Source: an uncultured archaeon (GTDB lineage Archaea; Iainarchaeota; Iainarchaeia; Iainarchaeales; JAAZKV01). From it: 64,000 bases of DNA. The DNA is taken from the NCBI GenBank assembly GCA_964461205.1, contig CAYWUL010000002.1, positions 17,779 through 81,778 of the forward strand, in the 5' to 3' direction. Shown here one piece after another: positions 48,933 to 59,165 of this stretch. The translations under genes were made by a program, and so were the position numbers. Position 1 is the first letter of the stretch. Each line of letters starts with the position of its first letter. The notes beneath the pieces were generated by a model. The model was not told the origin of the DNA. It worked only from the letters and a program-made list of their open reading frames with translations, and ran no database searches.

Positions 48933-51900
48933 AATTGAAATAAAAGCGACACCTATTATAAAAAAATATTTAGAAAATATTCAAAAAGAAGCCTTGGCAC
49001 AATATGAATTAGCAAGAAGAGTAAAAGCCAAGGGTTTTGATACGAGTGATAAAGTAGAAATGACTCCTGCAGTGGATTTGGCAGATCGTGCTGAAACACT
49101 TATTAATTTGCCAGGACTTGCTAGAAGATATCGTGAAGTTCTTCCTGAATGTAACGGAGACAGAATGACAACTTATTTTGTTTTATTTAAAGAAATAATT
49201 GAACAAAAATGGTGTTCAATTCCAGAAGATCAAAAAAGACTTGAGATTGCAATCAAAGCATGTTTGTTAATTGAAACAGAAGGAGTAGTTGTTGCTCCAC
49301 TTGATGGTCTACCAAGGGTTGAAATAAACAAAAATCCTGACGGATCAAAATATGTGGATATTTATTTTGCAGGGCCTATAAGAGCAGCAGGAGGATCATC
49401 AACAGTTATTCCTCTTATTCTTGGAGATTATGGTAGGACATTACTTGGTCTTGATAAATACAAACCAACTAAGGATGAAGTAGAAAGATATGTTGAAGAA
49501 ATCGAAATTTATCAAACAGAAGTATCTCAAAGACAATACAAAATCCCAGATTATGAAATAAGAATAATTGTTGAAAATTGTCCTGTGTGTGTAAATGGAA
49601 CACCAACAGAAGAAGTTGAAGTTTCAGTGCATCGCGATCTTCCAAGAATACCAACAAATAAAGTTAGGGGCGGAGTTGGGTTAGTTATTTCAGAAGGACT
49701 TGCACTTAAAGCACTTTGGGTAATGGACAAGGCAAAGAAATATGCTAATCTTGATTGGAGTTTTTTAGAACAAATTGTTAAAGTTGAAAAAACACAAACA
49801 ACAATAGAAATAAAACCAAACAAAAAAATACTTGACGGTTTAGCAGCAGGGAGACCAATACTTGCATACCCTAGTCGATATGGTGGATTTAGATTAAGAT
49901 ATGGTAGAGGGAGAAACACGGGAATAATGGCAAAAGCAATTAATCCATCTTCGATGTATATCTTTGATGAATTTATTGCTGTTGGGACACACGGAAAAAT
50001 TGAGAGACCTGGAAAAGCAACACAGTTTTTTCCATGTGATACTATTGATGGGCCAATTGTCTTGTTAAAAGATGGTTCTGTTGTGAAAATAAGTTCTGTA
50101 GAAAAAGCCCAAGAAATATTGCCTATGCTAAAAAAGATTTTATTTATTGGGGATTTGCTTGTAACCTATGGGGATTTTAGAAAAAGTGCGCATCCATTAG
50201 TTCCCGCAGGGTATGTTGAAGAATGGTGGAGACTTGAATTAAAAAAAGCAATCAAAACAAAAGACAACAAAGACAAAACAAGCAAGATTGATCCTCAAAA
50301 ATTTATTAAGGATCCACTTGAAATAAATGAAGAAGAAGCATTATTAATTTCAAAAGAATTTGGTGTCCCACTGCACCCAAGGTTTATTCATTATTATACT
50401 GCGTTAAAGAAAGAAGACCTTGGTCTTCTACATAATAGTTTGTTGTCTGCAAAAGAAAAAGAAGGGTGGTTATTTTTAGAAAATAAAGAAGAAATAAAAG
50501 AATTATTAGAAGATATTGGTTTGCCTCATGAAATAAACAATGGTGAAATAGTAATTAGTGATTTTGCAAAGACTATTTCGGCAACATTTTCATTAAAAGA
50601 AAAGAAAAAAAGCAAGAAAGAAAATGTGTTAGAATATTTATCTGAGATATCGGGACTTAAAATAAGAGACAAAGCAGGTTCATTTATTGGCGCAAGAATG
50701 GGTCGACCTGAACAAGCAAAAAGAAGACAAATGAAAGGAAATCCACACATTTTATTTCCAATTGGTTTGAAAGGCGGAAATATTCGAAGTATCAATAAAG
50801 CAATTGATATGCAAAACAATGAATCTGGAAAAGTCGAAGTTGAAATTGCCCAATATTTTGATCCTCAAACAAAATCAAAAACATTCTATCCTTATAACAA
50901 AAAAACAAACACAAGAAATGTTTTGTTAAAATATTGCAGAAACTGTAACGCGAGTTTTGCTGGGGAAAAATGTACTAAGTGTGGAAACGATTTAGTTCCT
51001 TCAGGAAAACACGATGTGAACTTGAGAGAAATGGTGGAAAATGTTAGAGAAGGTTTGAGAGTATCAATTCCTGATTTAATAAAAGGAGTTCAAGGAATGA
51101 TTTCGGATTCAAAAGAAGTTGAACCAATTGAAAAAGGAGTACTGCGGGCAAGACACAAGGTTCACATTTTTCGTGACGGAACATCGAGATTTGAATTATT
51201 AAACGCCACAATAACTCATTTTAAACCAAGAGAAATCAATTTGAGTGTTGAAAAAATAATCGAACTAGGTTATGAAAAAGATTATTTAGGAAAAGAAATA
51301 ACTGATCCTGAACAATTAATCGAAATATTTCCGCAAGACATAATTGTTAATGAATCGTGCGGGGATTGGATGCTTGAAGTAAGTCAATTTATTGATGAAG
51401 AATTAAACTTGTTTTTCAAAGAAAAACCATTCTATAATGCAAGAACAAAAGAAGATTTAATTGGAACATTATTACTTGGTTTGGCTCCGCACACTTCAGC
51501 AGCAGTAACTTCAAGAGTAATCGGGTATACAAAAGCACGTCTTGGTTTTGGTCATCCTTTTTGGGTTTGTGCAAAGAGAAGAAATGTTGATGGTGATCAA
51601 GATTCAGTAATGTTGCTTATGGATGGATTATTGAATTTTTCACAAAAATACTTGGCAAATAGAAACGGTGGAAAAATGGACGCGGCAATTGTATTTACAA
51701 CGATAATTAATCCAAGCGAAGTTGATAATGAAGTATACCAAATGGAAACATGTTTTGAATACCCTTTAGAATTTTATGAAACTACTTTAGTAGTAAAAGA
51801 GCCCTTCCTTAACATAATTGAAATTGTTAATAATAAATTAGACAAGGAAGGACAATATTCAGACGTTGGGTTTACACATAATACAAAAACTTTTGATGAG

Positions 51901-52335
51901 GGCCCAAAAACTTCACAATATATTCAACTAAAAACAATGGAAGACAAAATACAAAGACAAAATATTTTACAAAAAAGAATCAAAGCAGTGGATGCGAAAG
52001 ATTGTTTAGAAAGAGTAATGAGTTCTCACTTTTTACCAGACATTATTGGTAACGCAAGAGCATTTTCAAGACAAACATTTAGATGCACAAGTTGTAATGA
52101 AAAATATAGAAGAATTCCATTAAGTGGTAGATGTTATAAATGCGGAAAAGAATCGATAATATTGACTATTCATCAAGGGTCGGTAAAAAAATATTTAAAA
52201 ATTGCTCAAAACATGGCAAAGCAAGAACATTTGTCAGATTATTTAATACAACGACTTGACATGATAGAAAAAGAAATTGATTCTGTATTCAAGAATGATC
52301 GAGTTGAACAAAAAGGATTATTTGACTTTGTTTAA
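48922..52335 (+). CDS. DNA polymerase II (PolD) large subunit DP2, no intein
   Basis: 1137 aa with Zn-finger Cys clusters 'CPVCVNGT', 'CRNCNASFAGEKCTKCGN', 'CTSCNEKYRRIPLSGRCYKCG'. Overlaps the DP1 stop by 11 nt. Confidence 0.9.
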   Translation: MQNKIEIKATPIIKKYLENIQKEALAQYELARRVKAKGFDTSDKVEMTPAVDLADRAETLINLPGLARRYREVLPECNGDRMTTYFVLFKEIIEQKWCSIPEDQKRLEIAIKACLLIETEGVVVAPLDGLPRVEINKNPDGSKYVDIYFAGPIRAAGGSSTVIPLILGDYGRTLLGLDKYKPTKDEVERYVEEIEIYQTEVSQRQYKIPDYEIRIIVENCPVCVNGTPTEEVEVSVHRDLPRIPTNKVRGGVGLVISEGLALKALWVMDKAKKYANLDWSFLEQIVKVEKTQTTIEIKPNKKILDGLAAGRPILAYPSRYGGFRLRYGRGRNTGIMAKAINPSSMYIFDEFIAVGTHGKIERPGKATQFFPCDTIDGPIVLLKDGSVVKISSVEKAQEILPMLKKILFIGDLLVTYGDFRKSAHPLVPAGYVEEWWRLELKKAIKTKDNKDKTSKIDPQKFIKDPLEINEEEALLISKEFGVPLHPRFIHYYTALKKEDLGLLHNSLLSAKEKEGWLFLENKEEIKELLEDIGLPHEINNGEIVISDFAKTISATFSLKEKKKSKKENVLEYLSEISGLKIRDKAGSFIGARMGRPEQAKRRQMKGNPHILFPIGLKGGNIRSINKAIDMQNNESGKVEVEIAQYFDPQTKSKTFYPYNKKTNTRNVLLKYCRNCNASFAGEKCTKCGNDLVPSGKHDVNLREMVENVREGLRVSIPDLIKGVQGMISDSKEVEPIEKGVLRARHKVHIFRDGTSRFELLNATITHFKPREINLSVEKIIELGYEKDYLGKEITDPEQLIEIFPQDIIVNESCGDWMLEVSQFIDEELNLFFKEKPFYNARTKEDLIGTLLLGLAPHTSAAVTSRVIGYTKARLGFGHPFWVCAKRRNVDGDQDSVMLLMDGLLNFSQKYLANRNGGKMDAAIVFTTIINPSEVDNEVYQMETCFEYPLEFYETTLVVKEPFLNIIEIVNNKLDKEGQYSDVGFTHNTKTFDEGPKTSQYIQLKTMEDKIQRQNILQKRIKAVDAKDCLERVMSSHFLPDIIGNARAFSRQTFRCTSCNEKYRRIPLSGRCYKCGKESIILTIHQGSVKKYLKIAQNMAKQEHLSDYLIQRLDMIEKEIDSVFKNDRVEQKGLFDFV

Positions 52336-52390
52336 CACACTTTATTTGATTAATTAAAGAAGGCTTTGGATTTATTAAGGAACACTTTGT

Positions 52391-53611
52391 TTAGAGTGTT
52401 TTAAATAATTCTTTTTCAAGTGCGCTCTTTATTTTTGCTGCGTCAAAACCAAGTTTGATTAATCTAGTTTGTCCCTTGATTCCTTTTCCAGAATTAGTTA
52501 CCAAGATTAAACCATACATTTCTAACTCATTAATATATTGTCGATACCATCTGCTTGTAATTGTTCTTGTATCAAATTGTTTTGCTAATTGTAAATAAGT
52601 TTCAAATATTTCTCCAGAAAACATTACTCCTTTTTCTTCTTCTCCGTTAATTTTTGTAAATCTTGGTTCGTGCATTGATAATTGTGCTATTGCATACAGG
52701 ACTAATTGTTGTTGTTGGGGTAGAGTAGAAATCATCGATATAATAATTTCTTCTTCAACACTAACCTTTGCTTTCTCTACAAGAGAATCATCAACAATAT
52801 TCAATTTTTCAAAATCTGCTATCTCTCCTGCTCTTTGTAATAACATTACTGCTGTTCTTGCATCCCCGCTTTCTTGCGCTGCTAATGCTGCTGCTAAAGA
52901 AATCGCAGGCTCGGTGACAGAATTTTCTTTGAATGCTTTTTTGCTTCTATCAAAAAGAATTTTTTTTAATTCGGTTGCATTGTATGGGTCAAAAACCATT
53001 TCTCTTTCACATAAAGAACTCTTTGTTCTTGGATCTAATTTTTCTTTGAAAGTTAGATTGTTTGATATGCCTATTACTGTTAGACTCCCCCCTTCAATTT
53101 CATCATTTCCTCTTGACAAAGAATACATTAATTCATCAACATCTTTTACTTTGTCAATCTCATCCAATATAAGAATCAAGTGTGCTTTGTTTTCATTAGA
53201 AAAAGATAATATTTTTTCATAAACAAAAGAAGAACTATATCCTAGAAAATCTTTTCCTGGAAAAAAGTTTCTTAATGATTTTAATAATACCTTATATTTT
53301 GACGGGTGGCTTCTACAATTAACATAACAAGAAAAAACATTGTTTTCGTGCTTGTCAACAAAACTATTTAACTGTTCAATTACATGTTTTACTGTCGAAG
53401 TTTTTCCTGTTCCGGTTTTTCCATAAATAAAAAGATTGTTTGGTTTAGAATTGTTCAAAACTGGGCTTAACCCTTGTGTTATTTCTTCGATTTGGGTTTC
53501 TCTAAAAGGCAATGTTTTTGGAACATAATGTGGGGAGATGATATCTTTGTCTAAAAAAACAGTATTTCTCGTTAATTGCCTTTCAAAAATATTCTCTCTA
53601 ACAGTTTCCAT
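52391..53611 (-). CDS. cdc6: Orc1/Cdc6 replication initiator
   Basis: Walker A 'GKTGTGKTST', Walker B 'ILILDEID', C-terminal winged helix. Confidence 0.85.
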   Translation of the reverse strand: METVRENIFERQLTRNTVFLDKDIISPHYVPKTLPFRETQIEEITQGLSPVLNNSKPNNLFIYGKTGTGKTSTVKHVIEQLNSFVDKHENNVFSCYVNCRSHPSKYKVLLKSLRNFFPGKDFLGYSSSFVYEKILSFSNENKAHLILILDEIDKVKDVDELMYSLSRGNDEIEGGSLTVIGISNNLTFKEKLDPRTKSSLCEREMVFDPYNATELKKILFDRSKKAFKENSVTEPAISLAAALAAQESGDARTAVMLLQRAGEIADFEKLNIVDDSLVEKAKVSVEEEIIISMISTLPQQQQLVLYAIAQLSMHEPRFTKINGEEEKGVMFSGEIFETYLQLAKQFDTRTITSRWYRQYINELEMYGLILVTNSGKGIKGQTRLIKLGFDAAKIKSALEKELFKTL

Positions 53612-53620
53612 TCCCAACAC

Positions 53621-53809
53621 CCCTTTCGGAACCCAGCCTTCCGGTAATTTAATTCCACTAATAGTATTCTGTTAGAAAATTAATACTTTTCCAGTTCGAA
53701 AAGCAAACTTAGCATTATTTTTTGCCGATTTTTGGCAATTTTAACAGATGGGTTTATATATTTTTTATAGGAAGAATATTTTAATAATGTTTTACGCAGA
53801 GGTGGTATT
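53621..53809. promoter_or_regulatory. Candidate replication origin (oriC) with ORB/mini-ORB-like repeats, plus the sepF promoter
   Basis: AT-rich intergenic region 5' of orc1/cdc6. Contains TTCCAGTTCGAAAAG (TCCA-N4-GAAA), CTTTCGGAACC, CCTTCCGGTAA and the inverted repeat TTGCCGATTTTTGGCAA. TATATATTTTTTATA TATA box lies before sepF. Confidence 0.4.
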
Positions 53810-54166
53810 TTGAGTTTTTTTAATAAAGTAATGGCAAAAGAAGAAGAAGTAGATTTAGAGTCTTTTTTGAATAATCTTGATGATGTTGAAGAAGAGACCT
53901 ATGATGATGCAGATGCTTTCGTGAAACCAATGGACTTGGTTGTTGATGCGGATGTTGCAGCTATAATGAACGAAGCAAAAAATGGTAATATTGTATTAGT
54001 TAATATTACTGATCTTGCAAAAAGGAATGCTTTGAAGTTAAAGGACTTAATTGGTGTTGTAAAACAAGAAGTAAAAGCTATTGATGGAGATATAGCTCGA
54101 ATTTCTCAAGGAAGAGTACTAGTTACTCCTTCAAAAGTTAAAATAATTAAGAGAAAAGGACAGTGA
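53810..54166 (+). CDS. sepF: Archaeal SepF (FtsZ-binding division protein)
   Basis: Acidic linker, then SepF core 'NIVLVNITDLAKRNALKLKDLIGVVKQEVKAIDGDIARISQGRVLVTPSKVKI'. TTG start after GAGGTGG, or ATG at 53831. Confidence 0.65.
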   Translation: MSFFNKVMAKEEEVDLESFLNNLDDVEEETYDDADAFVKPMDLVVDADVAAIMNEAKNGNIVLVNITDLAKRNALKLKDLIGVVKQEVKAIDGDIARISQGRVLVTPSKVKIIKRKGQ

Positions 54167-54170
54167 TCAA

Positions 54171-54959
54171 ATGTTTTTAGGCAATCCTTCATTGCCTGTC
54201 AACATGCCTGTTAATGAAGCTCTTGAAGAAACCCAAAAAATTCTAAAAGAAAAGAATTGGCTCAATTTTGAGCTTGGTTCCTTAAAATTAGTTCTAATGC
54301 CTTTTTTTTATTTTAATTACCACTATTATAGAGAAAAAGAAAATAATGGTGAAAAGGTAATTGAAAGTTCTGTTGATGGTTTTTTGGCATTAAATGGAAG
54401 CGAATTAAGAATTAATGAAGATATAACTGATTTAATAAAAAATAATTTGAAAACAATAACAAACACTGCTCCGGAAATAGAGTTTGAAGAAAAAGAAACC
54501 TCTGTTGAAAAAAGAGAACAGGATGAAGTACTAAAATTTAAAACGGCTGAATTTTTTCAAATTCCCAAAGATAATGTGGTTATTTCTAGTGCAAGAAAAT
54601 TGTTTGTTCCTTTTTATGAAACATTTATTACTATTGAAAAAAATACTTTTGAAATAAAAATAAATGCGGTAACTAAAGAAATTATTGGAATAGAAGAAGT
54701 GCCTGAAAGAGAAAAAGGATTTTTAGAAATAACAAAAGAAACAATTGAAGATTTATCTAGGCCAGAAGGGTGGATAAGATATTCTAAAGAATTATTGGTT
54801 GGGGGAAGTAAAAAAATTCCCAAGGTTGTTTCTTCAAAAAGTTCACAAGAAAAGAAAAAAAGCTTTTCAATGGATTTATCTTTTTTTTCTACAAAATGGT
54901 TTCTAGCGATAATAATTATTCTTGCGTTATTCCTAATTTTTTTAGCACTTTTTTATTAA
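54171..54959 (+). CDS. Tail-anchored membrane protein co-transcribed with sepF
   Basis: 262 aa. Soluble N-terminal domain, C-terminal TM 'WFLAIIIILALFLIFLALFY'. 4-nt gap after sepF. Confidence 0.45.
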   Translation: MFLGNPSLPVNMPVNEALEETQKILKEKNWLNFELGSLKLVLMPFFYFNYHYYREKENNGEKVIESSVDGFLALNGSELRINEDITDLIKNNLKTITNTAPEIEFEEKETSVEKREQDEVLKFKTAEFFQIPKDNVVISSARKLFVPFYETFITIEKNTFEIKINAVTKEIIGIEEVPEREKGFLEITKETIEDLSRPEGWIRYSKELLVGGSKKIPKVVSSKSSQEKKKSFSMDLSFFSTKWFLAIIIILALFLIFLALFY

Positions 54960-55032
54960 TAAATAAGTTGTTTCTTAGTAAGATTTAATTAAGTTTTTTT
55001 GTCCTGTGTGATAGTATGGTTTTTACTATTAT

Positions 55033-57522
55033 TTAGTTAATTTCTCTGCCTGAACAAATAGTTGCATCGGTAATACTTTGTTTTTTAGTGTTTAATTCTT
55101 TTAAAATGTTATTTTCGTTCCAAAAAAGAATCCATTTTGATGTTAGTCCTTGTGTTAATTGGCTAACACAAACATCTCCGACTTCAATTCTGTCAAATAA
55201 TTCTTGCATACTATTTACAACGAAATGACTATCTTCTGAATCAATAGATAGCACACATGGAGTTGTTGGTGTACCAACACAATTTCCATTAGGGGAATAA
55301 ATGCCTAGGTTGTTTCCTCTTATTGTGATTTCTTCACTGGCTGTTTGTAATTCTTTTGGTAGGTACAAAGTAGTGTGTAAATATTCTATTCCGCTTTCTT
55401 TTATTGTATTATATTTATCTAACTCAATATTTTGTTGTGTGTTTGTTGGAACAAAGTTTATTACTGAATCGGGTTCGTTATATGCTAATGTAGTATCGGG
55501 GTTTAGGGAAATGTCTTCGCAACCTCCCCCGTTATTTGAAGCAAAACCTGTCCAATAAGTAAAGATTTCTTCAGTAAGCGAACTAAGTGCAGTATCGGTA
55601 CTAATACTAAATTTGTTCGAAATATTTCCATCATTATCTTTTATTTTAATATACATTGGGTAGGCAAAAGTTTTATACAAATTTACTTTACTAATATCGA
55701 CGTTCCCCACAGTGTGCAAGAAGTCCATTACTGTTCCTCTTTCAGTAACATTCGAAAAATTAATACTTGGTATAGTCGCATTAACTTCGTCTGGGAATAA
55801 TTCGTCTACTCCTTCTTCATAAAAGAACCAATTAAAACTTGGACTGTTCTTGAAAACAAAATTTACTTCGATGTTTAGTTTTGGATTTAAATTTTCTCCG
55901 TCAAACAAGTTTGACACTCCGCCAGGGGCTTTATTTAAGTCAATTGTAATATCGTATGCTCCTTGTTGTAGATGAGGATTAGCCATTGTTCCACCATTAT
56001 TCAAAAACTTTACTCCTGTGTTAGAAAACAATTTCTTCATTCTTGCTATGTTTGTTGCTTTTACTGGTCCGCCAAAACTCACGGGGGCTGTGTATCCTTC
56101 TAATCCCCAATCTACTCCTGGTTCAAATGTTTCGCTCATACCATTTAACAAGGTCTGCATTGCACTTTCATTAAGATTTAGGCCACGCACATTTGCTTGG
56201 AAAGAAGTGTATTTATTTAATTCAGCATAAAGATTTGCTAAAGTAGTTGGGTTTGCTGTTCCTTGTAACTCATTATCAATATTGTTTTTGATTCTAACAA
56301 TTTCAGCAATCTTTCTTGCTAATTCAAATAAGAATTCTCTTTCTGTACAATAAACCCAATTTTTATCATTTCCATTAATATCGAAAGTATCACACTCGTC
56401 TACTGCAATAGCATAACCCCTATCATCTAATTCCCCACCAAAACCAATATTTATTTTTGGGGCAACTGCTGAACCCGTGTGGCCAACTAAACCATTTGCA
56501 CTAACACAACTAAACAAATCGTAATCTGAAATTGTTTGTACTTGGAATGCTTGTTGGTCCATCAAACCAAGATCAATTATTGTTGGATATGAATGAGTTG
56601 ATTGTGTTCCTGAATAACCAAGGTCAGGATATGAGCCTAATTCATTAACAGTATAATTAAAGTCTAATTGATAACTAATGTTTTTTGGCAAACCACCTTT
56701 GTCCACTCTTACTTCGCCGGTTATTATTAAAGTATTATTTTGTGGAGTCATTACAAAGCCAATATTACTTGTGTCAACAGAACACGCGGTCGTGTTTTCA
56801 CAATCTATTGCATAATTTTCAACAGTTAGCGCAAATAATGAACTGCTTTTTACAGTGAAAATTACTTCTTCAATATAGGTGCCATTTTCATCAAAAAAAC
56901 CTTTTTTCTCAGAAGGGTTTGCAAAAATTAAAGTCCCTGGTGGATTAGTAAAATAAATATTTCCTGACGCGCTTGCTATCTCTTGAGGATTTTCAGTGAA
57001 TGTGTTTGCAATGGGGTGTTGCATTACCTCTGTTTTGTATGGGTGTCCTGTATTTACAACGAGATCATACCAATCTAGGAAAGAAAGATTTATGTCATTA
57101 CGTGGGCCATAACCAATAGGAGCTCCTTGCGTATAATTTGGGTCTTCGCCTTCACAGTATGCAAATGTAAAACCGTCTCCGTTAGTAATGGCTTCAGAGT
57201 CATTCCAATCAGAAGCATTTGTCCATCTAGTAACATTATCAAAAGTTAGCATAACAAATGGATTTGTGCTGCTTGTCATACCATTGTCACAAGTAAAGTT
57301 GTAGTTCCCAAAATTACTTAGTCGTATTTCTGCTCCGGGCAAACCAATTTTATTATAAGTGACTCCTCCGATTTCTTCATCAAAGTTTATTGCATTTATC
57401 CATTCTTCACGTGGGTTTGAATCAACTGTTAAAAAGAAACAGTGTGCAAATGGATCAACATCAGCAAAGTAAAATGGTTGTATTATTAGTAAGATTGCTA
57501 ATATCAAAAATATTTTTTTCAT
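55033..57522 (-). CDS. Large secreted protein (829 aa)
   Basis: Signal peptide 'MKKIFLILAILLIIQPFYFA'. No C-terminal anchor. Last gene of a three-gene operon. Confidence 0.55.
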   Translation of the reverse strand: MKKIFLILAILLIIQPFYFADVDPFAHCFFLTVDSNPREEWINAINFDEEIGGVTYNKIGLPGAEIRLSNFGNYNFTCDNGMTSSTNPFVMLTFDNVTRWTNASDWNDSEAITNGDGFTFAYCEGEDPNYTQGAPIGYGPRNDINLSFLDWYDLVVNTGHPYKTEVMQHPIANTFTENPQEIASASGNIYFTNPPGTLIFANPSEKKGFFDENGTYIEEVIFTVKSSSLFALTVENYAIDCENTTACSVDTSNIGFVMTPQNNTLIITGEVRVDKGGLPKNISYQLDFNYTVNELGSYPDLGYSGTQSTHSYPTIIDLGLMDQQAFQVQTISDYDLFSCVSANGLVGHTGSAVAPKINIGFGGELDDRGYAIAVDECDTFDINGNDKNWVYCTEREFLFELARKIAEIVRIKNNIDNELQGTANPTTLANLYAELNKYTSFQANVRGLNLNESAMQTLLNGMSETFEPGVDWGLEGYTAPVSFGGPVKATNIARMKKLFSNTGVKFLNNGGTMANPHLQQGAYDITIDLNKAPGGVSNLFDGENLNPKLNIEVNFVFKNSPSFNWFFYEEGVDELFPDEVNATIPSINFSNVTERGTVMDFLHTVGNVDISKVNLYKTFAYPMYIKIKDNDGNISNKFSISTDTALSSLTEEIFTYWTGFASNNGGGCEDISLNPDTTLAYNEPDSVINFVPTNTQQNIELDKYNTIKESGIEYLHTTLYLPKELQTASEEITIRGNNLGIYSPNGNCVGTPTTPCVLSIDSEDSHFVVNSMQELFDRIEVGDVCVSQLTQGLTSKWILFWNENNILKELNTKKQSITDATICSGREIN

Positions 57523-59165
57523 TTTTTCAACTCCCCGATTGCTTTTCCAAAAATAACTATTGCTGCAACAAATATTATTGCGGCTAATATTAAAATTAAA
57601 GGTATTAATTTGAATAAATCATTTGTTTGGTTTACTGCAGGAACACATTCTGTTGTACAACATGCTCCATCAACAGTTTCGTATGGATTAGAATCACAAA
57701 CATATCCTGCTTCACAAACAGTGTGTGGGCATTTTACTAATCCATCATAATTTTCTGATGCATAAATTTCTTCACCCAAATTCAAATATTTTACAATTTG
57801 TCTTTTTGCATCAAAATCATCTACTACCAATGTATAATTGTCTTTTGCCAAGAAATATTTCTTTGTTATTTGATTGTTTCCAGTAATGTCTTCGTTGTAC
57901 AAAACAGAATTTCCTTTTAAAATTCTTAAACGAGAATCTATAATATCCTTATTCAAAATAACTGATAGTTCTTCTTTATCTGTATTGTAACTCCATTCTA
58001 CATCAATAATATTTGGGTTTCTTACTTTGTATTCTTCTTTTAATTCTGTCAGTGGAACTGAAAAGCATTCTTCATCATAAACAACACTGCTTTTTTTTAC
58101 ACGTACACAAATACTTGAAAATTCGTTACTAGTAATATTAAATTCATTAAACAAGATTTCTCCAGTTTCTATTTTTTGGATGCTCTTTGTTTCTTTTTGT
58201 TGCGAAGTGTTGTTATAAACTTCCATTTCTAATTCAAAGTTCTCAAAATTTGGGTTATTGAAATGATCTGGGCTTCCTGCAATAAATACTCCAACAGAAT
58301 AATTGTTTTCTCCTAAACCATCTAAATAAGCTTTTCTTATTTTTGCTGTTCCTCCCTCAATTATTACTCTGCTCTTATAAATCGATTTTGTTTCTTTTCC
58401 ATCAACTAATTTTAAGTTAATTGCATATGCTGAAGGGATTGTTGGAGAATCAACTGAAACATTAACGATTGTTTCTCCTGCGCTAGTTATTGTTGGCACT
58501 TGGAATTCTTTTTCTTCAAGGTTTTCACAAAAAACTGTTGCCCAATCACAAACAGAAACTAATAATTTTAAATTGCTCTTTGTTGAAGACGAATTATTTT
58601 TTATTAATACTTGGCCGGTAATTTTGTCGCCTGCTTTTAATGGATATCCTATTGGTCCAATAACATTATCTCCAAACACAGTTCTTCTTCGATCAATAAA
58701 AATCTCTTCTCTTGAACTATTTCCTTCAACAATAAAATTCTTTGTTTGTGGCCCCCAAAATATTGAACTTGAACCAATAAACTTTGATTTTAAAATCCAA
58801 GAATAAGCATCCAAATGATAATTTCCAGAAGCTAATTTTCCCAGGTCAAAATTAACATATTTTGTTTCTCTAGGCAGAGCATACAAATCAACTATTTGTT
58901 CTTCGCGCACAATATTATCTGCTGCGTCCTGTGAAGGATAACCATATTGTCCAGTTCCAACTTGCAATACTATTCTCTGGCCAACAATAGGATAATACTC
59001 ATCATTAGTTATTACAATTCGTCCAGTTACATTTTCATCAATACTAAAAGATGGCTTGTCAAAATAAATATTTATATATCCGTCCCATATTAAGTCATCA
59101 GGAACATATGCGAAGCAAAACCCACTGAAAAGAACTAACACAAATAATAATATTCCAATTTTCAT
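57519..59165 (-). CDS. Secreted, C-terminally membrane-anchored protein (548 aa)
   Basis: Signal peptide 'MKIGILLFVLVLFSGFCFA'. Cys-rich module 'CPHTVCEAGYVCDSNPYETVDGACCTTEC', then TM 'LIPLILILAAIIFVAAIVIF' and a short basic tail. Confidence 0.55.
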   Translation of the reverse strand: MKIGILLFVLVLFSGFCFAYVPDDLIWDGYINIYFDKPSFSIDENVTGRIVITNDEYYPIVGQRIVLQVGTGQYGYPSQDAADNIVREEQIVDLYALPRETKYVNFDLGKLASGNYHLDAYSWILKSKFIGSSSIFWGPQTKNFIVEGNSSREEIFIDRRRTVFGDNVIGPIGYPLKAGDKITGQVLIKNNSSSTKSNLKLLVSVCDWATVFCENLEEKEFQVPTITSAGETIVNVSVDSPTIPSAYAINLKLVDGKETKSIYKSRVIIEGGTAKIRKAYLDGLGENNYSVGVFIAGSPDHFNNPNFENFELEMEVYNNTSQQKETKSIQKIETGEILFNEFNITSNEFSSICVRVKKSSVVYDEECFSVPLTELKEEYKVRNPNIIDVEWSYNTDKEELSVILNKDIIDSRLRILKGNSVLYNEDITGNNQITKKYFLAKDNYTLVVDDFDAKRQIVKYLNLGEEIYASENYDGLVKCPHTVCEAGYVCDSNPYETVDGACCTTECVPAVNQTNDLFKLIPLILILAAIIFVAAIVIFGKAIGELKK

